Below, one piece after another: positions 48,882-58,551 of a DNA stretch of 64,000 bases. The stretch covers positions 11,949 through 75,948 of the forward strand of contig CAYPDT010000004.1 in assembly GCA_964409615.1 (NCBI GenBank). Reading direction: 5' to 3'. The translations under genes and the position numbers were made by a program. Numbering within the stretch: position 1 is the first letter of the stretch; every line of letters starts with the position of its first letter. This DNA is from an uncultured Candidatus Saccharibacteria bacterium (GTDB lineage Bacteria; Patescibacteriota; Saccharimonadia; Saccharimonadales; AWTP1-31). The notes beneath the pieces were generated by a model. The model saw nothing but the letters and a program-made list of their open reading frames with translations. It searched no databases and had not been told where the DNA came from.

Positions 48882-49880
48882 TTACAGTGGTGTCGCACGG
48901 TACCACTTAGGAGAATTCTGCAGCAAAGTGCTGACCTGACGTTCGGTAAGTAATCCTGCCTGGGCGCCGGTGTGTTGCACAACGCTCATAGAATTTATTG
49001 GCCCCCATTGCAACGCACCTTCTATGTCCGAACCATGGATTAGAGCTGCAACAAAGGTAGAGGTAAAAGCATCGCCTGCACCAGTTCGCTCGTAGGGTGG
49101 CGATGGATCTGGGTAGATAGGCATCTTGAGTCGTCGACTGCCATCAGAAGCGTATGCGCCGTCCGGGCCATCACTTATGACTACAATTTTTGGCCCAAGT
49201 GCGTGGAGCTTATCGAATAAGCCATTAATGTCTTTGTAGTCACCGCCAGTAATCATGACCGCTTCTTCTCGGTTCACGGCTACAACCTCAGTTTGCTGGT
49301 ATAAGGCAGCAAGCCGTTTTGCGCCCATTTGAATCTGGAATGTTCCTGGTTGGAAAGCCAATTTGACATCGGGATGACGTTGTAGCCACTCAGCAAGTTC
49401 GTCATGAAATTTCTCGGCATTTTTGCTGATAGAACTAAAGTATATCCATTTTGGCATCTCGTCTGGGCGCAGATGTGGCCAGTGGTATACGTAGTCTTCA
49501 TGCTTGATGAGGATGGTGCGCTCTTCTTTGTACCAGAGTACATAGTGATAATTACTGGTTTTACCGGGGTTAATTTTCATTAAGCGGGTGTCGACTTTGT
49601 TTTTCTCTAGGGCAACCAACATGTCACGACCATTTTGGTCATTGCCGACATTAGCTAGTAAAGCGCTTTTTAGGCCCAGGCGGGCGAAGCTGACACTAGC
49701 GTTAGCTGCATTGCCCACGGCTTTAATTACTTCGGCGTGATCAAATGGAATCTTAATGCCAAACGGCATTGCTAACCATTTACTGCCCTTGTCGTCTTTT
49801 TCGACGCGTGCTTGGTCGTCTTCAAGTTTAATAAACGCATCGGTTACGATGTCGCCTACAGATAACACGTCTATGCTCAT
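48882..49880 (-). CDS. PfkB-family carbohydrate kinase
   Basis: 332 aa. N-terminal VLSVGDIVTDAF and C-terminal GAGDAFTSTFVAAL signatures. Confidence 0.85.
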   Translation of the reverse strand: MSIDVLSVGDIVTDAFIKLEDDQARVEKDDKGSKWLAMPFGIKIPFDHAEVIKAVGNAANASVSFARLGLKSALLANVGNDQNGRDMLVALEKNKVDTRLMKINPGKTSNYHYVLWYKEERTILIKHEDYVYHWPHLRPDEMPKWIYFSSISKNAEKFHDELAEWLQRHPDVKLAFQPGTFQIQMGAKRLAALYQQTEVVAVNREEAVMITGGDYKDINGLFDKLHALGPKIVVISDGPDGAYASDGSRRLKMPIYPDPSPPYERTGAGDAFTSTFVAALIHGSDIEGALQWGPINSMSVVQHTGAQAGLLTERQVSTLLQNSPKWYRATPL

Positions 49881-49943
49881 ACCACCCTCTGCTTTACGTT
49901 TTCGCTTATGTCTATTGTACGATACAACCGACCGGTATCAAAG

Positions 49944-50855
49944 CTATATCTGGGCTTTTCCAGTTGCGTTAAAGGCTTTAATTTTGCTTTCAACTACTTT
50001 CTGCACTTCTGATATAACCTCATCCATTAGCTTGATGACGGCAAACTCTGTCTTGTTCTCTTTAAGTTGTTTTTCTAAGGTGGTGCGATAAGCTACGCGC
50101 ATGTCGGAATTGATGTTTATTTTTGTCACCCCAATTTCAACAGCATCTTCGAAGTAATGTAGCGGTGTGCCGCTGCCTCCATGTAGGCTAATGTTGCAAC
50201 GTAGTGCTTCACGAAGCTGTCGGAGCAAGTCAAGATCAAGCCGTTTAGGAACTGGATACGAGCCATGCAAGTTACCAATTGCTGCAGCAAAAGTGTCTAT
50301 TCCCGTTGCTTCGGCAAACGCTTTAGCCCCTTCGGGTGTACTAAAGGTTTTTTGAATTTCTTTATAATCAAAAGCTTTGGTGAATTTGTTCGAGCCACCC
50401 CCAAAATAGTGTGGCTCACTCTCGACTAGTGCACCGGTACGTTTAGCATATTCAACTATTTCTTTGGTTTTGGCGATAATTTGTTCTTCGGTTGCATCAT
50501 GGTTGGCCTGAGATATGTCGATGTGAATGAACTCAAAACCGGCATCAATTCCCGCCTTGGCGGCCTCTACTGAAGGTGAATGGTCGAGGTTGATATAGAT
50601 TTCTACTCCATACTCAGCTTTGTAATTGTCTACCATATCACGGACATTTTCTAAGCCAAGTAATTCGACTTCTCCATGACTAACCTCAACCATCACTGGT
50701 GCTTGTGTGGTGACCGCTGCTCGCACTACTGCAATTAAAGTCTCTTGGTTATCAAGGTTAAAGGCACCTAGGGCGTATTTGCCAGCTCTTGCTCGATCCA
50801 TGGCCGCTCGCGCGGCTTGGCAATTTTGTTTTGCTTGATCTAACGTTACTGGCAC
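49944..50855 (-). CDS. fba: Class II fructose-bisphosphate aldolase
   Basis: 303 aa. LDHSPS, HGGSG. GTG start preceded by a GGGAGGGG SD. Confidence 0.9.
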   Translation of the reverse strand: MPVTLDQAKQNCQAARAAMDRARAGKYALGAFNLDNQETLIAVVRAAVTTQAPVMVEVSHGEVELLGLENVRDMVDNYKAEYGVEIYINLDHSPSVEAAKAGIDAGFEFIHIDISQANHDATEEQIIAKTKEIVEYAKRTGALVESEPHYFGGGSNKFTKAFDYKEIQKTFSTPEGAKAFAEATGIDTFAAAIGNLHGSYPVPKRLDLDLLRQLREALRCNISLHGGSGTPLHYFEDAVEIGVTKININSDMRVAYRTTLEKQLKENKTEFAVIKLMDEVISEVQKVVESKIKAFNATGKAQI

Positions 50856-50925
50856 AATAACCCCTCCCTATTATTCTTTCGCTTACGCTTAGAATACCAT
50901 ATAATGAATGAGAGGTTTACGAAAC

Positions 50926-51549
50926 ATGGATTCACATCAATCAAAAGCACAGATTGTTGCAGTGTGGCTTTTGCCAACGGCTGTCGAAGTTACAGTATAC
51001 GTATTAATAACTGCACTTACGTTATTCTTATCAAGCCAAGACTTTATCGATAAATTACTTTTCGCTACCGGCAACTTTAACCCTATCCGTTATGGTGTAA
51101 GTTGGGTAGATTTTTTACTGCGTCGAGTAATTGGTGAACGCTTTGCAGGGGCTCTTTCTCTGGCGGTTTTCTGGGGAATAATTGGTCTAGTGGTTAACTT
51201 GCTATGGTGGCTAGGATCTAACTTTTCTACCGAGCTTAACAATAACTTAATTTACAGCAAGTATGTTCATCCAAAAGATGTCAGCCCTCGCGCACAGCTT
51301 GAGGATTTTATAAAGCGCACGGTGATACGCACCACAGTTGCAATTGTTGGACTGGTGTACTTTAACTTTGTCATCAGCTCAGGCTTACCAAAGATTACCG
51401 ATAAATTTACACTTGTCACAGAACGATGGGCTACTAAGCAAGATTGGTTAACATTGGGGCTGACTATTCTGAGTGAATTGTTAATGCTACACCTTATAGT
51501 TGTCTTAACACGGCTGGTTTTGCTACGCAAAAAAGTGTTTGCAGATTAA
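50926..51549 (+). CDS. Polytopic membrane protein, unknown function
   Basis: About 207 aa with 4-5 hydrophobic helices. TATAAT at 50900-50905 and a GAGG SD favour ATG 50926 over 50908. Confidence 0.65.
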   Translation: MDSHQSKAQIVAVWLLPTAVEVTVYVLITALTLFLSSQDFIDKLLFATGNFNPIRYGVSWVDFLLRRVIGERFAGALSLAVFWGIIGLVVNLLWWLGSNFSTELNNNLIYSKYVHPKDVSPRAQLEDFIKRTVIRTTVAIVGLVYFNFVISSGLPKITDKFTLVTERWATKQDWLTLGLTILSELLMLHLIVVLTRLVLLRKKVFAD

Positions 51550-51611
51550 ACCAATAGTAATCCTTTACGATATGCCTATCGGTGCACAGGATGGATTACA
51601 CGGCTGCCCTA

Positions 51612-52586
51612 TTAATTAAGTAAGGAGTGGGCGCGCAGAGCAATATGTTTTGCCGTAAGGCCAAAGTGTTCAAGTAATTCATCTGGCTTGCCAGATTCGC
51701 CAAACTGATCACGCATACCGATTCGCGCCATCTTAGTCGGTTGTTCTTCGCTAAGAAGTTCGGCTATAGCACCACCTAGTCCGCCGATTATCTGTGCTTC
51801 TTCTACTGTTATAACATGTTTAGTTTTCTTAGCGCTTGCCAAGATAGTTACATTATCGAGTGGTTTAATAGTTGGTACATGAACAATCTCCGCTGCAATA
51901 CCGTCTTTAGCTAAGATGTCAGCCGCCACCAGCGCTTGGTACGTCATGGTGCCTGTAGCTACGATTGTAATGTCAGCTCCATCTTTGTATACGTAGGCTT
52001 TACCAATTTCGAAAGGTGTCTTATCAGTGGTAATTACTGGGGTTGCCTCACGAGCGAGCCGCAGATAGGCTGGTCGTTTGTCGGTTGCTAGGGCTAACGT
52101 TGCACGCTCTGCCTCTAAACTGTCGCCGGGTGCGATAACAACCATATTTGGTAAAACGCGCATTAGGGCAATATCTTCGAGCATTTGGTGTGTCGCACCA
52201 TCTGGACCAACTGAAATACCAGCATGAGAGCCCACGACTTTGACAGGCTGGTCGTTCAGACAGATAGTGGTCCGAATTTGTTCCCAGTTTCTACCGGGGC
52301 TGAATGCGGCATACGAACTAACGAAAGGAATTTTACCCATGGCTGCCATTCCGGCGGCGACGGTTACCAGGTTTTGCTCGGCCACCCCTATCTCTACGAA
52401 GCGTTCGGGAAAGGCTTCTTTAAATAAACTCATCTGAGTGGAATCTGTCAGGTCAGCACAGGCAGCCACAACATTAACGTTATCTTCTCCGGCTGCCTTG
52501 AGCCCTCGCCCAAAACCTTTACGAATTGGCTCGCTGTCCAGCTTACTATCTTTCCAGGTTGTGGTGGCTAAGTGTAGTTGAGTCAT
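51612..52586 (-). CDS. Transketolase, C-terminal (pyrimidine-binding) subunit
   Basis: 324 aa. FVEIGVAEQN, GATHQMLEDIALMR. Confidence 0.9.
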   Translation of the reverse strand: MTQLHLATTTWKDSKLDSEPIRKGFGRGLKAAGEDNVNVVAACADLTDSTQMSLFKEAFPERFVEIGVAEQNLVTVAAGMAAMGKIPFVSSYAAFSPGRNWEQIRTTICLNDQPVKVVGSHAGISVGPDGATHQMLEDIALMRVLPNMVVIAPGDSLEAERATLALATDKRPAYLRLAREATPVITTDKTPFEIGKAYVYKDGADITIVATGTMTYQALVAADILAKDGIAAEIVHVPTIKPLDNVTILASAKKTKHVITVEEAQIIGGLGGAIAELLSEEQPTKMARIGMRDQFGESGKPDELLEHFGLTAKHIALRAHSLLN

Positions 52587-52598
52587 AATAATACCTTT

Positions 52599-53453
52599 TT
52601 ACTCATGTTCACCCCGAATTTTGCCTTTCAAGGTTCGCAGTTCGTGTAATGCTAGTTTGGCTTGTTCGCGGTTTGGTGGAGCGCCATGCCAGTGAAAATC
52701 GTATTCCATAAAGTCGACACCTTTACCGGGGATTGTGTGGGCGATAATCATGACCGGTTTAGCCACCACGGCACGGGCCATAGCGCAAGCATCGATAACT
52801 GCTTCGATATTGTTGCCATCAATTTCTATAACATGCCAGCCAAAACTCTCCCATTTGGCACGAAGATTCTCGAGCGGCATTACTGATTCGGTCGGACCAT
52901 CTATTTGTATGTTGTTGCGGTCGATAATACCAATAATATTGTTAAGCTTGTACTTGCTAGCTAGCATTGCTGCTTCCCAGATGTTGCCTTCGTCTAGTTC
53001 GCCATCACCCATGACAACGTACACCCAGCGATGATTCTCTTGATTCATACGCATTGCCAAAGCTATGCCAGCTGCCTGACTAAGGCCACAGCCGAGTGGT
53101 CCACTAGTGTTTTCGAGTCCCGGCAATTTTGTGCGCTCTGGGTGACCCTGCAAGCGAGACCCTAGTTGCCGTAGCGTTTGAAGTTCTGCACGTTCAAAGT
53201 ATCCGGCATGGGCCATTGTGGCGTAGCGGACTGGCACACAGTGACCGTTACTTAGGAGCAGAATGTCGCGTTCTTCCCAGTCTGGATTTTTGGCATCGTG
53301 CTTGAGAATGTCAAAGTACAGCGCAGTAAAGATGTCTGCCAAACCCAATGGGCCAGCACTATGACCGCTGCCGGCATGTTCTAACATTCGGATTATGTCT
53401 TCACGAATTTCAACCGCTTTACGCTCTAGGTCTTCGAGTGATAGGCTGCTCAT
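52599..53453 (-). CDS. Transketolase, N-terminal (TPP-binding) subunit
   Basis: 284 aa. GHSAGPLG, GDGELDEGNIWEA. Confidence 0.9.
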   Translation of the reverse strand: MSSLSLEDLERKAVEIREDIIRMLEHAGSGHSAGPLGLADIFTALYFDILKHDAKNPDWEERDILLLSNGHCVPVRYATMAHAGYFERAELQTLRQLGSRLQGHPERTKLPGLENTSGPLGCGLSQAAGIALAMRMNQENHRWVYVVMGDGELDEGNIWEAAMLASKYKLNNIIGIIDRNNIQIDGPTESVMPLENLRAKWESFGWHVIEIDGNNIEAVIDACAMARAVVAKPVMIIAHTIPGKGVDFMEYDFHWHGAPPNREQAKLALHELRTLKGKIRGEHE

Positions 53454-53474
53454 ATACTACTCATCATAACACGC

Positions 53475-54125
53475 TCATGCTTTGGATGGAGCGGTCTTCA
53501 ATGCGAGTTCTTGAAGCTCCAGATAGGCAGCTTCTGGATTTTTGGCTCGCTGTATGGCACCACCTGTGTTTAAAACATCAATACCTCCAGCCACTAAACG
53601 TGTAACGTTGGCTTTGTTAATGCCGCCATCCCAACCAATTTCAATGTTTTGTTTAAGTTTCTTAAGTTCAGTGACTTTTGAAAGTAAGCTCAGTTGTGCT
53701 GTACCACCAAAATGACCAAGGTCACCACTAAAAATTAGCACATGGTCTATGTCATCGATTGCTGGCGCGATAGTATTTACAGGGGTGTCCTGAAGTAATG
53801 CAACACCTACCTTAATGCCATGTTTTTTTAGCTCTCTCGCTAGTTCATAATACGAGCCAACTGCTTCGGCGTGCATAATAACCAGCGATGGCTTATGGTC
53901 GGTCAGCTGTTCAAGAAACGGTCGTACGCTTTTGTACATCAAATGCACGTCTACTGTCACGCCCACCGGCCACCATATTTTTTTTAGGCTTATCAACTTG
54001 TTAGTGGTAAAAACACCGTCTGCTAAGTCAATGTGTATCCTCTGAGCAAATGGCGCTATTCTTTCCACTTGCTCACGGTACTCGTGGGGTTCACTTGCCG
54101 TAACTGTCGGGCAAATGATAGCCAT
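53475..54125 (-). CDS. rpe: Ribulose-phosphate 3-epimerase-like protein (divergent)
   Basis: 216 aa. RIHIDLADGVF, DVHLM, WDGGIN and GGAI segments match the RPE barrel layout. Confidence 0.7.
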   Translation of the reverse strand: MAIICPTVTASEPHEYREQVERIAPFAQRIHIDLADGVFTTNKLISLKKIWWPVGVTVDVHLMYKSVRPFLEQLTDHKPSLVIMHAEAVGSYYELARELKKHGIKVGVALLQDTPVNTIAPAIDDIDHVLIFSGDLGHFGGTAQLSLLSKVTELKKLKQNIEIGWDGGINKANVTRLVAGGIDVLNTGGAIQRAKNPEAAYLELQELALKTAPSKA

Positions 54126-55177
54126 TATTTTGTTACGAACTCCTTGACTGCTTCGGTTGTAGCGCCCTTGTCTGGGTCGCCGTAGAGTTTGGGGTCATTC
54201 TTGTTGTATGACGCGAAGAATGGGCAGGTCGTTGCAGGCCCACTTATCTCTTTCTCGCCAAGCTTTTTGCCACTTTTAGCCTCGTAAATTTTGAGACTGT
54301 ATACTACGTTGTATTGTTCCAAGCTAACAGTATTTTCGCTACTATCTTTAAGTTCACATTTTTTGCCAGTAGCGTTAGTCGACTTTTTACTAAAACAGCC
54401 AACAAGTTGAGTCTTGGCAAAATTCTCCGTTGTGGCCGACCACGTTTGGTCAGATAGATATACGCTCGAGCTCGTGTAGTCGTTGGCATCAATCAGGCCA
54501 CTCTCAAACAGTGCTATCGGGTGAGGCGCAGTACCGGTATAATCTGCTGCGTTGCTGATAGTACTCCCGCTACATACGGCACTGAATTCGCTTAGGTATT
54601 CAGCTGTTAAAGCATTACCTTTCGAAGTGTTATTTGTAGGTGTAGATTTACCTCCACCGGTCTGTGAAGTGCTACTTTTCTTTGGTGATAATGCAAAAGC
54701 GGCGCCAACAGCCAAAATAATGATTGCTACAACAACACCAATAACCAGCTTTGTTTTATTTTGGCCTGTAGCGTTGGTAGGCGGCATGCTAGAAGCTGGA
54801 GATGGTTGTATCATCCCGGGTGGGTTTCCAAAAGCTTCAACGGTCGGAGACGCATTAAAGGCTGGCTGCGGGGTGACGCCTGGTTGCTGGCCTGGCATTT
54901 GATTAATAGGAGCTGCAAATTGTGGAGTAGCGCCTAGTGCAGACGCGTCGCTCGTGGGAGTTGACGGCGTACTGACGGTCGGCATGAAAGCCGTCGGCTG
55001 ATAAGCATCGGGGGTGTTCGGAGCTATAGTCGCTGTATCTTGCGGGGTTGGCAGAGGTGATATCGTTGGTGGTACGGCTGGTGACACAGGTTGCGGTTCT
55101 GGTATACCAGGCATTACTGCCGGTGTTTCCGGCGGCATTGGTTGTGGCATTGGCTGTGGTGTTGTGTTTGGATCCAT
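54125..55177 (-). CDS. Pro-rich single-pass membrane protein, unknown function
   Basis: 350 aa. ~145-aa Pro/Thr/Gln-rich N-terminus (PQPMPQPMPP), one TM (LVIGVVVAIIILAVGAAFAL), and a ~180-aa C-terminal domain with 4 Cys. AGGAG SD. TAATG junction with rpe. Confidence 0.7.
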   Translation of the reverse strand: MDPNTTPQPMPQPMPPETPAVMPGIPEPQPVSPAVPPTISPLPTPQDTATIAPNTPDAYQPTAFMPTVSTPSTPTSDASALGATPQFAAPINQMPGQQPGVTPQPAFNASPTVEAFGNPPGMIQPSPASSMPPTNATGQNKTKLVIGVVVAIIILAVGAAFALSPKKSSTSQTGGGKSTPTNNTSKGNALTAEYLSEFSAVCSGSTISNAADYTGTAPHPIALFESGLIDANDYTSSSVYLSDQTWSATTENFAKTQLVGCFSKKSTNATGKKCELKDSSENTVSLEQYNVVYSLKIYEAKSGKKLGEKEISGPATTCPFFASYNKNDPKLYGDPDKGATTEAVKEFVTK

Positions 55178-55185
55178 AACTACTC

Positions 55186-55629
55186 CTATTGTTCGTCCAT
55201 TTCTTGAATTCTTCGCACGTATCTTTCAGTGTTTTCGAAAGGGGTATTTAAAAATGCTTCCACGATAACTTCAGTCTGGCCGTCTTGCAGTACCTTGGCA
55301 GGTAAAGCCAGGATGTTACAGTCATCGTCGTTGCGAGCTGCTTTCACGGAATCAATGTCATAACCCAGGCAAGCGCGGATTCCTTTATGGCGATTGGCGG
55401 CAATCATAATGCCCTGGCCGCTACCGCAAATCAGAATTCCTCGAACTTCTGGGTCACCGGTTGCAAGCATGTCATTAACTACCCGCTTAGCAAAGACAGG
55501 ATAATCATCTTGAGGGTCACGTGTGTCGTTACCATCGTCGTGGACGGTGTAGCCCGAGCGTTGAAGGTATAGGATTAGTTCGTTGCGTAATTCAAAACCG
55601 TTGTGGTCGGCGCCAATGTAAATTTCCAT
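55186..55629 (-). CDS. rpiB: Ribose-5-phosphate isomerase B
   Basis: 147 aa. IGADHNGFELRN, ILICGSGQGIMIAANR. Confidence 0.9.
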   Translation of the reverse strand: MEIYIGADHNGFELRNELILYLQRSGYTVHDDGNDTRDPQDDYPVFAKRVVNDMLATGDPEVRGILICGSGQGIMIAANRHKGIRACLGYDIDSVKAARNDDDCNILALPAKVLQDGQTEVIVEAFLNTPFENTERYVRRIQEMDEQ

Positions 55630-56669
55630 TAACTGTTGTGTCCTGCTTGCTCTCGTTTCTTATGTAATAGCTTGCCAGTGTCGGCTACAACTTCGACGAG
55701 ACGGTTGCTATAGCCCCATTCGTTATCATACCAAGCTACTACTTTGAGCATGTTATCGCCTACAACTGCTGTTAAATTGAGGTCGACAGTAGCCGAATGA
55801 CTGTTACCAATAAAGTCACTACTAACAAGTTCTTCTTCGGTAACTGTCAAAATACCCTGATAAAATGGTTCTTTGGCCGCCTTTTTAAAGACAGCATTTA
55901 CTGATTCAACAGTCACTGGCTTTTTAGTGATAATGACGAAATCACTGAGCGATACGACGGGGGTTGGAACGCGAACACTCATACCACCAAAGATACCTTT
56001 GAGGCTTGGTAGCGCTAATGCTGCTGCTTTAGATGCTCCGGTAGTAGTTGGGACGATATTCTCGGCGGCATTACGAGCTTCACGTAAGTCTTTAGCTGGT
56101 GCATCTTGTAGCTTTTGGCTGGCAGTGTAGCTATGAACAGTTGTCATCATGGCTTTATCGATTCCAAAGTGCTCTTCGATAACAGCAGCGACGGGTGTTA
56201 TGCAGTTTGTGGTGCATGATGCATTACTGATGATATCCTCGGCCGTTTCAAGCTTGTCTTCGTTTACACCTAGTACGATGGTGGTTGCCCCGTCACCCTT
56301 AGCAGGGCCAGAAATAACTACTTTGTGGGCACCGGCGTCGATATGACCTTTGGCCAGGGCTGGATCTACAAAGAATCCGGTTGATTCTATAACTACGTCA
56401 ATTTTAAGTTCTTTCCAGGGCAAAGCACCTGGTTCTCGTTCGGCTAGTACTTTAATCTTTTGCTTGTTTACAATGATATTCTGCTCATCGTAGGTCACAT
56501 CGTATTGATACGTGCCATAATTGCTGTCGTATTTCAGCAAATGAGCAAGCGTCTTTGTATCTGTTAAATCGTTGATTGCAACCAGCTCAATGTCTGCGCG
56601 CTCGAACGCTACTTTAAAAGCATTGCGTCCGATTCTACCAAAACCGTTAATTGCCACCCGTGTTTTCAT
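55629..56669 (-). CDS. gap: Type I glyceraldehyde-3-phosphate dehydrogenase
   Basis: NGFGRIGR, SCTTNC. The start is set at MKTRVAING (ATG 56669). The 32-codon upstream extension of the ORF has no GAPDH-like sequence. Confidence 0.95.
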   Translation of the reverse strand: MKTRVAINGFGRIGRNAFKVAFERADIELVAINDLTDTKTLAHLLKYDSNYGTYQYDVTYDEQNIIVNKQKIKVLAEREPGALPWKELKIDVVIESTGFFVDPALAKGHIDAGAHKVVISGPAKGDGATTIVLGVNEDKLETAEDIISNASCTTNCITPVAAVIEEHFGIDKAMMTTVHSYTASQKLQDAPAKDLREARNAAENIVPTTTGASKAAALALPSLKGIFGGMSVRVPTPVVSLSDFVIITKKPVTVESVNAVFKKAAKEPFYQGILTVTEEELVSSDFIGNSHSATVDLNLTAVVGDNMLKVVAWYDNEWGYSNRLVEVVADTGKLLHKKREQAGHNS

Positions 56670-56759
56670 ATGTGTACCCTCTTGAATTATCGTATATCTC
56701 AAGCATAACCGATTCCTAGTATCTCCGCAACGACCTCTTGTGATATGCTGTAATTTACT

Positions 56760-57947
56760 ATGCAAAAAGAACTTGAGCGCAATATCCGTTTATACGGTTT
56801 TCTAAAGATATTTACTAAACGCGTATTTTTGCCACTGACTACAATTTACCTGGCCGAGATTGGCGGATTGAGCCTCAAGCAGATTGGCTTATTAGCTAGT
56901 CTAAGCGCAATAGTCAGTTTGTTGGCCGATGTACCTACTGGCTTTTTTGCAGATAAGATTGGTCGAAAGACTTCGTTGATTACTGCAGCTTCACTGGCCA
57001 TAATTGCGGCCCTGCTATATGCTGGATTCCCTAGCCTTGGTGGTGCCATCATGGCCATTGTTGTAGAGTCTTTGGCCTACTCATTTTTAAGTGGAGCCGG
57101 TGAGGCACTGATGCACGACACCTTAATGCACCTCAATCGAGTAGACGATTATCCTAAAATTGTTGGTCGTGCGCAGTCATTAGGTTTGATTGGGAATACC
57201 GTATTAGTGCTTCTTGTTCCTCTGACATACACGGTTAGCCCACGGCTGCCGTTCATAATTGGTGCATTGTGTTACTTTGTTTTGCTGTGCATTGTGATTG
57301 GCATGCAAGAGCCGCCTGTTGCGCAACAAAAGCGGCGACATACGTTAGTAAAAGACCTAAGCCAGAGCCTGCGCTTGTTTGTGACGCGCAAAACCGTCTT
57401 AATGTTTCTATCCATTGGCATAATTTCTGGATTGAGCGCTAGTACAGATTTTCTGAATCTTTCGTTACGTGATATGGGTTTGAGTGCCAATCATATGGGA
57501 GTTGCCTATGTTGGAGGCAGTATCTTGGGGATTATTGGTGGCTATGGAATTCATTTACTACGTAAACGTAGTCTGCGTTGGTTTATATTACTAGATATTG
57601 CAACCTCTGTCAGTCTGTTTGCTGTAATTGGTATCACTCGTAATTTGGCACTGTCAATCGTATTCTTCTGGATTAATATGGGCTTCTTTAGGTTACGTAA
57701 TATTATGTATCAATATCACTTGTTGCGCATCTTTAAAGGTAGTCAATATAAGGCGACGCTCATTTCTGTTTTGTCGGTCTTTGGTCGTGCCAACGAAGCC
57801 TGGATTCCACTGGCGTTCACAGCCATAGTCAGCGCTATTGGCTACTACCAGGGATTTACCGTAATTTCGGTTGCTTTAGTGTTATTAATAACTCCTCTAG
57901 CATTCACCGGCACGCGACTGCTTAATCGCGTAGAATCTAGGCAATAA
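56760..57947 (+). CDS. MFS transporter
   Basis: 395 aa, about 12 TM. GFFADKIGRK loop motif between TM2 and TM3. Confidence 0.85.
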   Translation: MQKELERNIRLYGFLKIFTKRVFLPLTTIYLAEIGGLSLKQIGLLASLSAIVSLLADVPTGFFADKIGRKTSLITAASLAIIAALLYAGFPSLGGAIMAIVVESLAYSFLSGAGEALMHDTLMHLNRVDDYPKIVGRAQSLGLIGNTVLVLLVPLTYTVSPRLPFIIGALCYFVLLCIVIGMQEPPVAQQKRRHTLVKDLSQSLRLFVTRKTVLMFLSIGIISGLSASTDFLNLSLRDMGLSANHMGVAYVGGSILGIIGGYGIHLLRKRSLRWFILLDIATSVSLFAVIGITRNLALSIVFFWINMGFFRLRNIMYQYHLLRIFKGSQYKATLISVLSVFGRANEAWIPLAFTAIVSAIGYYQGFTVISVALVLLITPLAFTGTRLLNRVESRQ

Positions 57948-58551
57948 CTTCAACCTCTTTGTAGTCGCAATCTGGTGCGTTTAGCAAGGCATCTAATGTT
58001 TCTGTGGATTCGAAAATATCACGGGGAATGTGCCGATTTTTGGGGTGCAAAGCCAGTGCTTTTGCTTCGTCAAAACTTACCAGACTTACAGCGATTTTCT
58101 CGCCAGCAGATTCAGGAGTGCTCGACTCTTGTCTTTCGAAATCGGTTGCTAAGTAGAGATATACGAACCATTCAGCTTTAGCTATAGGTTGGGAGATTTG
58201 TATAAGTCGCCAGGTTTTAAAATACATTCCCGTCTCTTCTGCGAGCTCACGTTGGGCACCCTGGAGTATTGATTCTCCTGGCACATCATGCCGGCCAATA
58301 GGTATGGAGTAATATGGTGGTAAATTTGGCTGTTCCTCGTGCAAAATAACAATTTGTCCATCTTTAACAGCGATAGTGCCCGCCGTATCTGGTCGACGTA
58401 TCATCTCGAACGTTGCAGAGGTACCATCGAACATCGCCTGAGGCCACTGGAATACATCAAACAGTACGCCACTAAAAACTTTGGCAGCATGAAGTGGTAT
58501 AGTGACCGCATTGGTTGGAACAAATTTCGTAATTGTAGCCTTACTGTTCAT
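57937..58551 (-). CDS. NUDIX hydrolase
   Basis: 204 aa. Nudix box GRHDVPGESILQGAQRELAEETG. Confidence 0.8.
   Translation of the reverse strand: MNSKATITKFVPTNAVTIPLHAAKVFSGVLFDVFQWPQAMFDGTSATFEMIRRPDTAGTIAVKDGQIVILHEEQPNLPPYYSIPIGRHDVPGESILQGAQRELAEETGMYFKTWRLIQISQPIAKAEWFVYLYLATDFERQESSTPESAGEKIAVSLVSFDEAKALALHPKNRHIPRDIFESTETLDALLNAPDCDYKEVEVIA

Noticed and set aside
51550-51611. Nested hairpins (gtaatcc...ggattac, cgata-tgcc-tatcg) between convergent genes, considered as a terminator.
   Set aside because: Short AT-rich stems, a large loop and no U-tract. The support is too weak to call.
56670-56765. 32-codon upstream extension of the GAPDH ORF.
   Set aside because: GAPDH homology begins at MKTRVAINGFGRIGR. 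The extension has no GAPDH-like sequence and would overlap the divergent MFS start region.
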